Below, piece by piece: positions 50,691-59,852 of a DNA stretch of 64,000 nucleotides. Source of the DNA: Anaerolineales bacterium (GTDB taxonomy: Bacteria; Chloroflexota; Anaerolineae; Anaerolineales; Villigracilaceae); the NCBI GenBank assembly GCA_048499755.1, contig JASNZH010000015.1, positions 6,128-70,127 of the forward strand, given 5' to 3'. The position numbers were made by a program, and so were the translations under genes. Below the pieces are notes generated by a model. It did no database searches. It had not been told where the DNA came from and saw nothing but the letters and a program-made list of their open reading frames with translations. Every line of letters starts with the position of its first letter. Position 1 is the first letter of the stretch.

Positions 50691-51515
50691 TTATAATGCG
50701 CGGGACATTTGCCACTGCGAAAGTGACTCGCGTTCCATGCCGACATGCTCGAAGATGAAACCCATTTCTTCGGGATAGATGGGCGAGACGTGCCAGACTT
50801 TGCCGGGGAATTTTGCGAAGAGTGCGCGCATCAGGACCGCGCTCAAGCCTGCTCCACGTGAGCGGGCTTTGACCAACACGGACGAAATTGCCACATCCGT
50901 GGCTTCGGGATTGGTGATGAGACAATACGCGTCGTTGAGACGGAAGGCGCGTGACGGCGGCGTATGCTGCATAATGGACGTGCCCGATAACTGCCACGGC
51001 AGGTCTTTCATGCCATGATACGTGACTTGGCGTGCCACTTCACGGATGTCGATCTCTTCGATTTCCACATCTGATTCAACTGGTGGATTTTCAAGTTTGT
51101 AGCCCACCAGCCTGCGGATTTTTTTGAAGCCGATCTTTTCATACAACTTCACGCCCGCCGTGTTTTGCTCAATAACTTCAAGATACATTTCCTTCTCGCC
51201 GCGAGCTTTGGCTTCTTCGATGAGTTGTCCCATCGCCCATGTGCCCACGCCGCCACTGCGCGCATTGGACGTGATGCCCATCGCCGCAAGCCGACTCGTC
51301 CAACCACGGCGGGCGATCATCGCCAAGCCAATGACCTCGTCATCGCGCATGAGCACGCGGCTGGCGGTCAAGTCAATGCCATCGCGGCGGATCATGGTGT
51401 GCATGACCGCTTCGGTGATGTGAATAGGGACAAGATAGCCTTCAAAACTGCGGGTCATCAAGTCCGCGAGGAAGGGGATAGGGTGTTCGTGTGCAGATTT
51501 AAGGGTGAGATTCAT
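50691..51515 (-). CDS. tandem-GNAT acetyltransferase
   Basis: ARSGGVG, LEVIEQNTAGVKLYEKIGF, second RGAGLS motif. Confidence 0.82.
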   Translation of the reverse strand: MNLTLKSAHEHPIPFLADLMTRSFEGYLVPIHITEAVMHTMIRRDGIDLTASRVLMRDDEVIGLAMIARRGWTSRLAAMGITSNARSGGVGTWAMGQLIEEAKARGEKEMYLEVIEQNTAGVKLYEKIGFKKIRRLVGYKLENPPVESDVEIEEIDIREVARQVTYHGMKDLPWQLSGTSIMQHTPPSRAFRLNDAYCLITNPEATDVAISSVLVKARSRGAGLSAVLMRALFAKFPGKVWHVSPIYPEEMGFIFEHVGMERESLSQWQMSRAL

Positions 51516-51518
51516 GAG

Positions 51519-51550
51519 GAAATAGGGAATGGTGAATAGAGAATAGGGTG
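51519..51550. repeat. 7-nt-period repeat tract (left flank of the four-helix gene)
   Basis: gaaatag-ggaatgg-tgaatag-agaatag. Confidence 0.7.
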
Positions 51551-51553
51551 AGA

Positions 51554-52030
51554 TTAGGTATCTTCGGGTGAAATATGATTTGTGATATCTTCAGCAAAAT
51601 ACTCTGTTGGTTCTTCTCGGACAGTGTAATTGGCTCCGGGTTCTTTTTCGCCACGCTTGGAACGTTTTAAGTAAGCGATATAGCCATTGATTATACGGAT
51701 AAGTTCCTCGATCTGTATTTTCAGACGACTGAATAATTCGTCTGAAATGTAGTTTAAGTCATAGGCAAGCAAAAGATGAGTATAGGTTTCGGTCAAAGAA
51801 CCCCGAGCAATATAACAAAAATGGACATTATCTTGATAATAAAAACGACCATGTCCTTCAGCAAGATTCGCAGGGACGCTTTGGGCTGAGCGTCGAACTT
51901 GTTGACTCAAATGCCATTTCTCATCCGCGGGCAATAGCGGCAGGACTTCTTTATAAACAACAAGGACGAAAGCCCTTGCTTTTTTCCAAGCCTCTAATGT
52001 CTCCAACCCTTGAATGTTGTCGCTGCTCAC
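51554..52030 (-). CDS. four helix bundle protein (23S rRNA IVP/S23-like)
   Basis: LEAWKKA, PADEKWHLSQQVRRSAQSVPANLAEG.GR, YIARGSLTE. Confidence 0.92.
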   Translation of the reverse strand: MSSDNIQGLETLEAWKKARAFVLVVYKEVLPLLPADEKWHLSQQVRRSAQSVPANLAEGHGRFYYQDNVHFCYIARGSLTETYTHLLLAYDLNYISDELFSRLKIQIEELIRIINGYIAYLKRSKRGEKEPGANYTVREEPTEYFAEDITNHISPEDT

Positions 52031-52039
52031 ATCGAACTC

Positions 52040-52067
52040 CTATTCACCATTAACTATTCACCATTTC
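52040..52067. repeat. 7/14-nt-period repeat tract (right flank), inverted relative to the left tract
   Basis: ctattcaccatt occurs twice (52040, 52054) and is the reverse complement of aatggtgaatag at 51528. Confidence 0.7.
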
Positions 52068-52998
52068 CTGAATTATACCGAATCGGCTCCACATCCCGTT
52101 TTTTTTCTTCTTTCTTCCTTCGTTCCCTCGCGTAATAAAACGTCTCCCTCAATTGCGGCGTGACCAGACTCGTCTCACGATGTCCGATCCTTGTGCCATG
52201 AAACTGCATAAAACGGAACCAGAAAATGGATGCAAAACTTTTCAGCAAAACTCGTTCACGGGCGGCGTGCCAAAGGTCACTCAAAATATTCGTGATCGTC
52301 AGACGAAAGAAATCATACAAATTGAAATGCGCTTCGGGATAAATCCGCCGCAACGCCATCGCTTCGCGGCGGTAGCGATTGTAGACTCCACGCGGCGTTT
52401 CGTTGTGAATGTGGACGATCTCCGCCTCGGCGATGTAGGCGATCTTATGTCCCTGTGCTTTTGCCCATTTGCCCCATTCGAGGTCTTCGAGGCCGGTCAA
52501 TGTTTCGTCGTAGGGATGTTGCTCCCATAAACTTTTGCGAATAGCAGAATTGGCATTGTTACAAAACGCCGTCACCTGATCGAGATTGCTCGCATCGGGA
52601 TACCACTGATGAAAAATCTGATGCTCGGAATATTTCGAGCCTTCGTATCCACGCTGTTTGCCGTAAGTGAGTGCAACTTGCTGATTTTGAAATGGACGCA
52701 GTAACGTTTCCAGCCAGTCGGGATAAACCGGATAGACATGTGCGCTAGCGATGACGACCAATTCGCCTCTCGCTTCGCGGACCCCGAAGTTGAGCGACCG
52801 CCCAAACGTAAACTCCGCTGACGGGATGTGGACGACCTTCGCGCCATAAGATTCGGCGATGGCAACAGTCGAATCAGTGGAGCCTGAGTCCACAAGGATG
52901 ACTTCAACATCTTTGACAGTCTGCTGTTTGATTCCCTCCAGCAGACGTCCAATATATTTCTCTTCGTTATACGCGCGGATGATGATGGAGCAATTCAT
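52054..52998 (-). CDS. GT2 glycosyltransferase (rhamnosyltransferase-like)
   Basis: SIIIRAYNEE, VDSGSTD, FTFGRSLN, LED, H.HNE. Confidence 0.88.
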   Translation of the reverse strand: MNCSIIIRAYNEEKYIGRLLEGIKQQTVKDVEVILVDSGSTDSTVAIAESYGAKVVHIPSAEFTFGRSLNFGVREARGELVVIASAHVYPVYPDWLETLLRPFQNQQVALTYGKQRGYEGSKYSEHQIFHQWYPDASNLDQVTAFCNNANSAIRKSLWEQHPYDETLTGLEDLEWGKWAKAQGHKIAYIAEAEIVHIHNETPRGVYNRYRREAMALRRIYPEAHFNLYDFFRLTITNILSDLWHAARERVLLKSFASIFWFRFMQFHGTRIGHRETSLVTPQLRETFYYARERRKKEEKKRDVEPIRYNSGNGE

Positions 52999-53030
52999 GA
53001 TTTCATTGTAAGAGCGAGGTGACCTCACAC

Positions 53031-53876
53031 CTACCAATTATTATCCTTTTCATAGCCCAGTTTCACCAGCAAATCACCAGCTACTTCTTTGAAGATTCTC
53101 TTATGCTCGTTGGTGAAGTGTTTCTTCCACTCGCCGGTTTTGCCAGAGCGGAAGGTCGGGGATTTTTTCGGGTTGATGGAAGCTTCGAGGGAATCCAGGA
53201 TCAACTGTCGGGGAGCTTGAAGCGTGACCCGGCTGAGGAGGTGATCCATAATAGAGGTGAGAGTCGCTTCGCGGTGGTGGATCAAGTCTTCGAAGTGAAT
53301 TGTCAACACTTCTTTATGGTCAAGCCAGCCAAGATAAGGCGCAAAACGTTCGGCAATATTCGGGAACTCGATATTCGTGTCTGTGCGCCCAAGGATGCTG
53401 ACCTTTAATCGCGCGTCGAAATCAGGCAGAGACTTGTAATATTCGTGATGGACATGACGCGCTTCCATGTCGGTGACGTAGAAGACGTGCGAGACAACCA
53501 CATCGCGCGGGTCGCGGAAGATGAAATACGGCGCGAATTTTTCCGAGCACACGCGAGCGACAGATTCGGGTCTGGCAAAGAGATGCGCCGAAGCAATATC
53601 GCGCGGGCGAAGTGAGTCGAGCCAATTCAAAGCCTGTTGTGGATCGCGCTTTTTTCCGCTTTCGCCTTCGTATTCGGCGTAGAACGAATGCACCCGTCTG
53701 GCATACGGCGCGACGTTGGCAAAGCCGAGCAAAATCTGGTCGAGCAGGTGCGTGCCACTTTTGGGGAAAGAAATTCCGAGCAGGGCAGGCAGATTTGCAG
53801 ATTGCGAAATGAACCGCAGGCGTTGCATTCCTTTTTCGGCGTGATACACTGTAGAACGTAGGAACGATTTCAGCAT
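53031..53876 (-). CDS. sulfotransferase domain protein
   Basis: SFPKSGTHLL, RDPRDVVVS, FEDL, FRSGKTGEW. Confidence 0.9.
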   Translation of the reverse strand: MLKSFLRSTVYHAEKGMQRLRFISQSANLPALLGISFPKSGTHLLDQILLGFANVAPYARRVHSFYAEYEGESGKKRDPQQALNWLDSLRPRDIASAHLFARPESVARVCSEKFAPYFIFRDPRDVVVSHVFYVTDMEARHVHHEYYKSLPDFDARLKVSILGRTDTNIEFPNIAERFAPYLGWLDHKEVLTIHFEDLIHHREATLTSIMDHLLSRVTLQAPRQLILDSLEASINPKKSPTFRSGKTGEWKKHFTNEHKRIFKEVAGDLLVKLGYEKDNNW

Positions 53877-53949
53877 GGAGGTATTTAACCACAAATTCCA
53901 CGCGAGACCCGCGCGCGATTTCAGGGTTTAATACCGTGAGGAAAACCCA

Positions 53950-54543
53950 TTGAAACTGACCATTTTCAACACCCCCATTATCAGTCCGCTGCTGCGGCTT
54001 ATCAGCAACATTTTGATGTGGATCGCAGGCTGGCGCGTGGAAGGGAAATTGCCCGACCTGCCAAAATATCTCATCGTCGGCGCGCCTCACACCTCGAACT
54101 GGGATTTTCTCCTGTTTCTGGGAGTCATCTTTCGCCTGAAAGCAAATGTCAAATACATGGGCAAAGCGGAGCTGTTCCGCAGTCCGCTCGGCTGGTTCTT
54201 TTACTGGTGCGGCGGCATTCCAGTGGACAGGAAAAAGTCCACGGGGTTGGTGGAGCAAATGGTCGAGGCGTGCAACAAATCTGAGAGGTTCATCCTCACC
54301 ATCGCCCCCGAAGGGACGCGTCACGGCGTGAAGGAATGGAAGCGCGGCTTTTATCACATTGCCAAAGGTGCGGGGATTCCCATCGTCATGGCCAAAGTTG
54401 ACAGCAAAAAGAAAGCCATGCATGTGGGTGATATTTTCTATTTGACCGACGATATGGAAGCGGATATGAAAGCCATTCAGAATCGCTTCACCGGTATGGT
54501 GGGCATCAATCCGCGCAAGAAGTACATCACGCTGGAAAGTTGA
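53950..54543 (+). CDS. lysophospholipid acyltransferase (PlsC-like)
   Basis: PHTSNWD, GGIPVDR, PEGTR; TTG start. Confidence 0.9.
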   Translation: MKLTIFNTPIISPLLRLISNILMWIAGWRVEGKLPDLPKYLIVGAPHTSNWDFLLFLGVIFRLKANVKYMGKAELFRSPLGWFFYWCGGIPVDRKKSTGLVEQMVEACNKSERFILTIAPEGTRHGVKEWKRGFYHIAKGAGIPIVMAKVDSKKKAMHVGDIFYLTDDMEADMKAIQNRFTGMVGINPRKKYITLES

Positions 54544-54615
54544 CCAAACAATTGCGCCGCTTTCACGTTGATGCTATACTTTAAATACACGCTTCGATAG
54601 AGCCGTTCTTTAAAG

Positions 54616-56352
54616 ATGAATTCGCTTCATCCTGAAAAGAAACTTGAAAGTGGGGAGGGCTATGAGTTCTATCGCCAAATTTATGAAAACAGCATGGATG
54701 CCATTCTCCTGACAGCACCAGACGGCAGGATTCTCGCCGCCAACCCTGCCGCTTGCGCAATGTTCGGACAGTGCGAGGACGATATAAAGAAGGTTGGGCG
54801 AGCCGGAGTTGTGGATGTTACCGATCCGCAACTCCGTGAGCTTTTAAAAAAGCGGGATGCCTCCGGGCATGTCAAGGGAGAGTTGATCGGCATACGAAAA
54901 GATGGGACAAGGTTTCCCATTGAATTTTCATCATCCATCTTCAAAGATCAGCACGGAGAATCGCGAACAAGCATGATCATCCGCGATATTTCCGAGCGCA
55001 AGCGCATGGAGTCTCATCTTGAGCAGACCAATGAACGTCTGCAAGCCCTGATCGAAAACCTACCCGATGCGATCTATACATTTGACTTAAAAGAACGCAA
55101 AACCACCAACTTCAACCGAACTTCCTTTTTAGGGTACAGCTACGAAGAACTGAATGAACCCGGTTATTTATTGACAAGAATCCATCCTGACGATGTGGAA
55201 GAAGTGTCTGCCTATTGGCAGAGGGTCATGCGCGGAGAAGCCTCTGAAAGCTTCGAATATCGCCTGCAAAATAAGGATGAGCAATGGGAGTGGATAGACA
55301 GTTGCAGCATCCCCATTGCCAGCAATCCAGATGGAACGCCCAAAGAGATCATGGTCATCCTGCGGGTGATCACAGGCAGGATGATGACAGAGGAGCAGCT
55401 CTCTTATCACGCCAGGATTTTGGAAAATGTGAACGATGTGATCATCGGCACCGACGAGAACTTTGTCATCCGATATTGGAATTTTGCAGCAGAGCATGCT
55501 TTTGGCTGGAAGGCAGAAGAAGTCATCGGGAAGATCGTAGGTGAGGTATTGCGAACCGTTTACAGCGAGGGCGGACGCGAAGAATCCATACGCCAGATCA
55601 ATGAAACCGGCATGTGGAAAGGAGAAGTCATCCAATTCACAAAGGATGAACGCCCCCTTAACATCGACGCAAATATCATGATGATCCGTAACAGTGCGGG
55701 AAAAGTGGTTGGTTTCGTGTCGGCAAATCGCGATATTACCCGGCGTAAACAGGCCGAAGAAAAATTACAGCAAGCCAAGGATGCCGTCGAAGCAACCAAC
55801 GCGGAACTTCAACAGGCATTGACGCGCGAACAATTGCTGGCGCGCACAGACGGATTGACCGGCTTGTTCAACCGCCGCCATTTCTTTTCGCTGGCCGAGC
55901 AGGTATTCGCCGTTTCAACTCGTTATCGAACGCCGATCTCCATCATCATTTTCGACATCGATCACTTCAAACTGGTTAACGACCGTTGGGGACATCATAT
56001 GGGAGATAATATTCTGAAACACATTGCCCGTATTTCACTTGAACAGGTCCGCGAGGCAGATGTGCTTGCCCGATACGGCGGAGAAGAGTTCATCGTCCTG
56101 TTGCCAAACAGCAACGCCGATGAAGCCTTTAGCGTCGCGGAACGCATCCGCAAGAATGTGATGTCCTATCGTATCGACCCTAAAAAAACGCAGGCGGGCA
56201 TCACCGTCAGCGCAGGCATTGCCGAAAAAAGCATGAAGATGACAACTCTCGATCACCTCATCCGCTGTGCCGACCAGGCGCTGTACACCGCCAAGGAGTC
56301 CGGGCGGAACTGCGTGAAAATCTACCGTGGAGTCAGTTGGGGATTGGGATAG
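54616..56352 (+). CDS. PAS(x3)-GGDEF diguanylate cyclase
   Basis: Three PAS/PAC units, DGLTGLFNRR, DIDHFK.VND, RxxD I-site (READ), GGEEF. Confidence 0.93.
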   Translation: MNSLHPEKKLESGEGYEFYRQIYENSMDAILLTAPDGRILAANPAACAMFGQCEDDIKKVGRAGVVDVTDPQLRELLKKRDASGHVKGELIGIRKDGTRFPIEFSSSIFKDQHGESRTSMIIRDISERKRMESHLEQTNERLQALIENLPDAIYTFDLKERKTTNFNRTSFLGYSYEELNEPGYLLTRIHPDDVEEVSAYWQRVMRGEASESFEYRLQNKDEQWEWIDSCSIPIASNPDGTPKEIMVILRVITGRMMTEEQLSYHARILENVNDVIIGTDENFVIRYWNFAAEHAFGWKAEEVIGKIVGEVLRTVYSEGGREESIRQINETGMWKGEVIQFTKDERPLNIDANIMMIRNSAGKVVGFVSANRDITRRKQAEEKLQQAKDAVEATNAELQQALTREQLLARTDGLTGLFNRRHFFSLAEQVFAVSTRYRTPISIIIFDIDHFKLVNDRWGHHMGDNILKHIARISLEQVREADVLARYGGEEFIVLLPNSNADEAFSVAERIRKNVMSYRIDPKKTQAGITVSAGIAEKSMKMTTLDHLIRCADQALYTAKESGRNCVKIYRGVSWGLG

Positions 56353-56386
56353 CAGCCGCTTGCGCTTCTTTCCGTAAGTGGAGTTT

Positions 56387-58003
56387 CTATTCTTCCAGTA
56401 AGAAATCGCCAGCCTTGAGCAAACCATCCAGGATCACCTGCATAGACTTGGACTTAAGCAAATCATCCAAGTCAAACGTCTTCAACCTAGTCTGCGTCAC
56501 ACGCACAGATGGCTCAAGAAAATCGCCCAACGGCAGGGATGTGCGATACAACTGATAATATAAAAATCGTCTCGCGTTGCGCTTGAACTCGGCAGGTACA
56601 TCGATCGTCTCAGCCGTCAAAAATTCCTTCATCCTGGCTCGTACCTCATCCACCGTCTGCGGGAAGAATACAGTGGGATATTGCGTGAAGCGTGCCTTGC
56701 CTGCGCATAAGACCGCCGCGCCCATAATGGACGCTTCCAATCCAATGGTTGAGTTGTAAACCATCACGAACTTGGATTTCGCGATCAAATCATATGAACT
56801 TAGTGTTTCATTTGGCGGGATAAAAATAACATTCGGCAAACGCGTGACGTTATTCGCATCCACCCACCCACCGACAGTTTCGCGGCTAGCCTTGCGGACA
56901 CGCAACTCGTCCGGGTGCGCACGGATGACGAATAAGGTTTCTGGATGTTCCCTGATAACGTCAAGCGCCAGATCCAGCCAATCGAACATATCCTCAAAAA
57001 CAGTGTTGGCATGCGGCTGACTGGTATCAAAAATGACGTTGGTAAAGATGGGCACGATCTGTTTGAACCCAGCCGCCTTTTTCAAAAACTCTTCATCCAG
57101 TCCCTTCATGTCCGCCCAGAATTTGATGCCCGCCATTGTGAAATCACCCTGGAAGCGTTTGGCGAGATAGGCATCCAGCTTGGCGTTTTGCGCCTCATTC
57201 ATCTCAAATGAAGCTGGCACATGGATCGGGGAAGCGGTCGCTTCGCCTTCGGTGAAGAACACTGTCGCGGGTTGAAACCCTACTTCGTGAGTCAAGACGC
57301 GCAATCCGCGCTTTTTAGCGAGATAACGAGCAGTCGCTTCGGGGTAGAACTGTCCGTTGAAAACCACCACCAAACGCGGATTTGTCTCATCGAGAAATTT
57401 TGAGAACTCCTGCGCCACATTCCACGTGGACAAAATATATTCGCGCAAAAGATAACGCGTATTTTCATCGTCATTCAAGTGATGGATACGCAGAATCCAA
57501 CGCAAGGCAGGCAGACAAAGCGGACCAAGGGGAACCTCTTGAAAGTGGAAAGCGGAAAGTTCTGGAACAGAAAGCGACGAGATCTGCGAAGCAAGCTCAA
57601 GGTCGCGCTGAAAGTTAAACCAATGAACCTGCGACTTTTGGCCTTCCACCTGTGACGGCACTCCCGCATACAATGCCTTCGATTGCATCAAACATGATTT
57701 GCATGGCATCTCTTTATGTGGGTTGTCGCGATTCGTGCCAAGCACACATTTGCTCATGCCGGAATTGCAGGCAAAATACGCCACAGGGATACCCTGCAAG
57801 CGCAATGCCCAGGTGGTTAAAAGATGAAAACCGCTGTTCCACGAAAGATCGTCGATGCCCGTAGAGGCTTTGAAGAAAACAACTGGCGCACCATTTGGCT
57901 GAGGTTCTTTGCGAGCCACCTCACGCGCAACCGATGCGATTTTGAGATTATTGAGTCTGCGGACCAGTCCGCGTTTGATGCGTTGGGTGAAAAATTCTTT
58001 CAT
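56387..58003 (-). CDS. capsule-synthesis (KpsC/KpsS-like) GT-B protein with a Cys cluster
   Basis: VIRAHPDE, NSTIGLEA..MG; N-terminal C-x6-C-x14-C-x2-C. Confidence 0.65.
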   Translation of the reverse strand: MKEFFTQRIKRGLVRRLNNLKIASVAREVARKEPQPNGAPVVFFKASTGIDDLSWNSGFHLLTTWALRLQGIPVAYFACNSGMSKCVLGTNRDNPHKEMPCKSCLMQSKALYAGVPSQVEGQKSQVHWFNFQRDLELASQISSLSVPELSAFHFQEVPLGPLCLPALRWILRIHHLNDDENTRYLLREYILSTWNVAQEFSKFLDETNPRLVVVFNGQFYPEATARYLAKKRGLRVLTHEVGFQPATVFFTEGEATASPIHVPASFEMNEAQNAKLDAYLAKRFQGDFTMAGIKFWADMKGLDEEFLKKAAGFKQIVPIFTNVIFDTSQPHANTVFEDMFDWLDLALDVIREHPETLFVIRAHPDELRVRKASRETVGGWVDANNVTRLPNVIFIPPNETLSSYDLIAKSKFVMVYNSTIGLEASIMGAAVLCAGKARFTQYPTVFFPQTVDEVRARMKEFLTAETIDVPAEFKRNARRFLYYQLYRTSLPLGDFLEPSVRVTQTRLKTFDLDDLLKSKSMQVILDGLLKAGDFLLEE

Positions 58004-58040
58004 GTTGAGTAAATTGTATCAGAGAGATTCAGAGATAAAA

Positions 58041-58065
58041 ATGGGACTGTTTTGCTCAGTCCCAT
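58041..58065 (-). terminator. hairpin downstream of the sulfotransferase
   Basis: atgggactg-N7-cagtcccat with a T-run on the minus strand. Confidence 0.55.
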
Positions 58066-58070
58066 GATGT

Positions 58071-58925
58071 TTACCAATCGTTGTTCTTTTCGTAGCCCAG
58101 CCTCACCAACAAATCTCCCGCCACATCTTTGAAAAGCTTTTTGTGCTCTTCGGTGAAATGCTGTGTCCAGCCGCCGGTTTTGCCCGAGCGGAAGGTGTGA
58201 CTCTTCTTTGGCTGAATGGCTTCCACCAAAATGGACAATGCTTTTTCTCGCAGAGTTGGAATTTTGTAACCGGTCTTTTCCACTTCATCAAGCATGGCAA
58301 GCAACGTCACATCGCGGTTGTTGATCAGGTCTTCGAAGCGCAGGCACATCACATGTTTTTGTTCCAGCCATTGAAAGACGCCTTCATATCTCTGCCTGAC
58401 GCTGACCATCTTTAGTCCATCTTTTTCAATACCAGCGATGGCTACTTTCAGCCTCGCGCCAAAATCGGGCAGGGAATTATAGTACGCGTGCATTCCATGT
58501 TCTTCGTGCATGTCAGTAGCAAAGAAGACTTGCGAAACCAACATATCCCGTGGGTCGCGATAGATAAAATAATTGACGCGATTGGGCTGACACAACACCG
58601 CCACATTCTCCGGCGACGCTTCCACATAGCCCCAGCCGATAACACCTTGAGGAACCTTCTTCAAGTCTGTGGCAATATCTTTGGCATCACGCCGCCCGCC
58701 TTCGTATTTGACCGTTCGTATCGGGTCGGCATCCACATACTTGTACGGCATGATCTGTGTAAAGCCATTGAGAATTTGAAGCAGCAAATGGGATCCGCTC
58801 TTAGGCTTGGAGTTGCCAAAGATGGGCGGCGCATCATGGAAAGACAGGCGCTTCCATCTTGCCATGGCTTGAGCGGTTTTCCCATAAGGGCGGAGCGTAC
58901 GACGAAGGTTTTGTTTAATTCCCAT
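58071..58925 (-). CDS. sulfotransferase domain protein (paralog of 53031-53876)
   Basis: SKPKSGSHLL, RDPRDMLVS, FEDL, FRSGKTGGW. Confidence 0.9.
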   Translation of the reverse strand: MGIKQNLRRTLRPYGKTAQAMARWKRLSFHDAPPIFGNSKPKSGSHLLLQILNGFTQIMPYKYVDADPIRTVKYEGGRRDAKDIATDLKKVPQGVIGWGYVEASPENVAVLCQPNRVNYFIYRDPRDMLVSQVFFATDMHEEHGMHAYYNSLPDFGARLKVAIAGIEKDGLKMVSVRQRYEGVFQWLEQKHVMCLRFEDLINNRDVTLLAMLDEVEKTGYKIPTLREKALSILVEAIQPKKSHTFRSGKTGGWTQHFTEEHKKLFKDVAGDLLVRLGYEKNNDW

Positions 58926-58935
58926 GTTCAAACCT

Positions 58936-58963
58936 GTAGGGGCGACTCGCGAGTCGCCCCTAC
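58936..58963. repeat. GTAG-type REP-like palindrome, copy 3
   Basis: gtaggggcgactcgcgagtcgcccctac, a perfect 28-bp palindrome. Confidence 0.85.
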
Positions 58964-58970
58964 TAAAACT

Positions 58971-59852
58971 TTATTCATTCACCACGCGGCGAAGTTTCTT
59001 CATCGAACCCTTTTCGGATTCGTAGACTTTCTTCACGCCATCGCCCAAGCCCGCTTCTGTCACGCGGATGTATTTCACGAGACGCTCAAACCCACCCGGT
59101 TCAACGGATGCTGCCTGGTCACTGCCCCACATGGCGCGATCCAATGTGATGTGACGTTCCACCGAGCAAGCGCCCAATGCCACCGCCACCGCCGAAGGGA
59201 CGAGACCCACTTCATGACCGGAATACCCGATGGGATTCTTGGGAAATTCATTGCGCAGGGTTTCGATCATCTTGAGATTCAACTCTTCCGGCTCACACGG
59301 ATACGTACTGGTACAGTGCATGATGATGAGGTTATCTTCACCCACAGCATTCACACCTTGATGGATCTGCTCCATGGTAGACATGCCCGTGGAAATGATC
59401 ACCGGCTTGCCCGTCTGCCGGACATACTTCAACAAAGTATGGTCGGTCAACGAGGCGGAAGGAACTTTATAAGCGGGCGTCTCAAACTTTTCCATGAAAT
59501 CCACCGAAGGCTCATCCCAGACCGAGACCATCCAGTCGATTCCTTTTTCCTTACAGTAGCGGTCGATCTCGCGGTACTGCTCTTCATTGAATTCGACCTT
59601 ATAGCGATAATCCAAATAGGTGATATATCCCCACGGGGTTTCACGCATCTGCTTCTGTTGGTCGGGAGGCGTACATACTTCGGGCGTGCGCTTCTGGAAC
59701 TTGACCGCATCCGCGCCAGCATGTACGGCCGCATCGATGATTTTCTTTGCAATATCAAGGTCACCGTTATGGTTGATGCCGATCTCCGCGATCACATACG
59801 CAGGATGACCGTCGCCCACCATTCGTTTTCCCATTTTGATTTCACGAGCCAT
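58971..59852 (-). CDS. neuB: N-acetylneuraminate/nonulosonate synthase family, short form
   Basis: IAEIGINHNGD, DAVKFQ, STGMS, HCTSTYP, GYSGHE, ERHITLDR..WGSD. Confidence 0.92.
   Translation of the reverse strand: MAREIKMGKRMVGDGHPAYVIAEIGINHNGDLDIAKKIIDAAVHAGADAVKFQKRTPEVCTPPDQQKQMRETPWGYITYLDYRYKVEFNEEQYREIDRYCKEKGIDWMVSVWDEPSVDFMEKFETPAYKVPSASLTDHTLLKYVRQTGKPVIISTGMSTMEQIHQGVNAVGEDNLIIMHCTSTYPCEPEELNLKMIETLRNEFPKNPIGYSGHEVGLVPSAVAVALGACSVERHITLDRAMWGSDQAASVEPGGFERLVKYIRVTEAGLGDGVKKVYESEKGSMKKLRRVVNE

Noticed and set aside
51554-52030. Diversity-generating retroelement (Avd-like gene)
   Set aside because: No reverse transcriptase and no template/variable repeat pair seen in the window.
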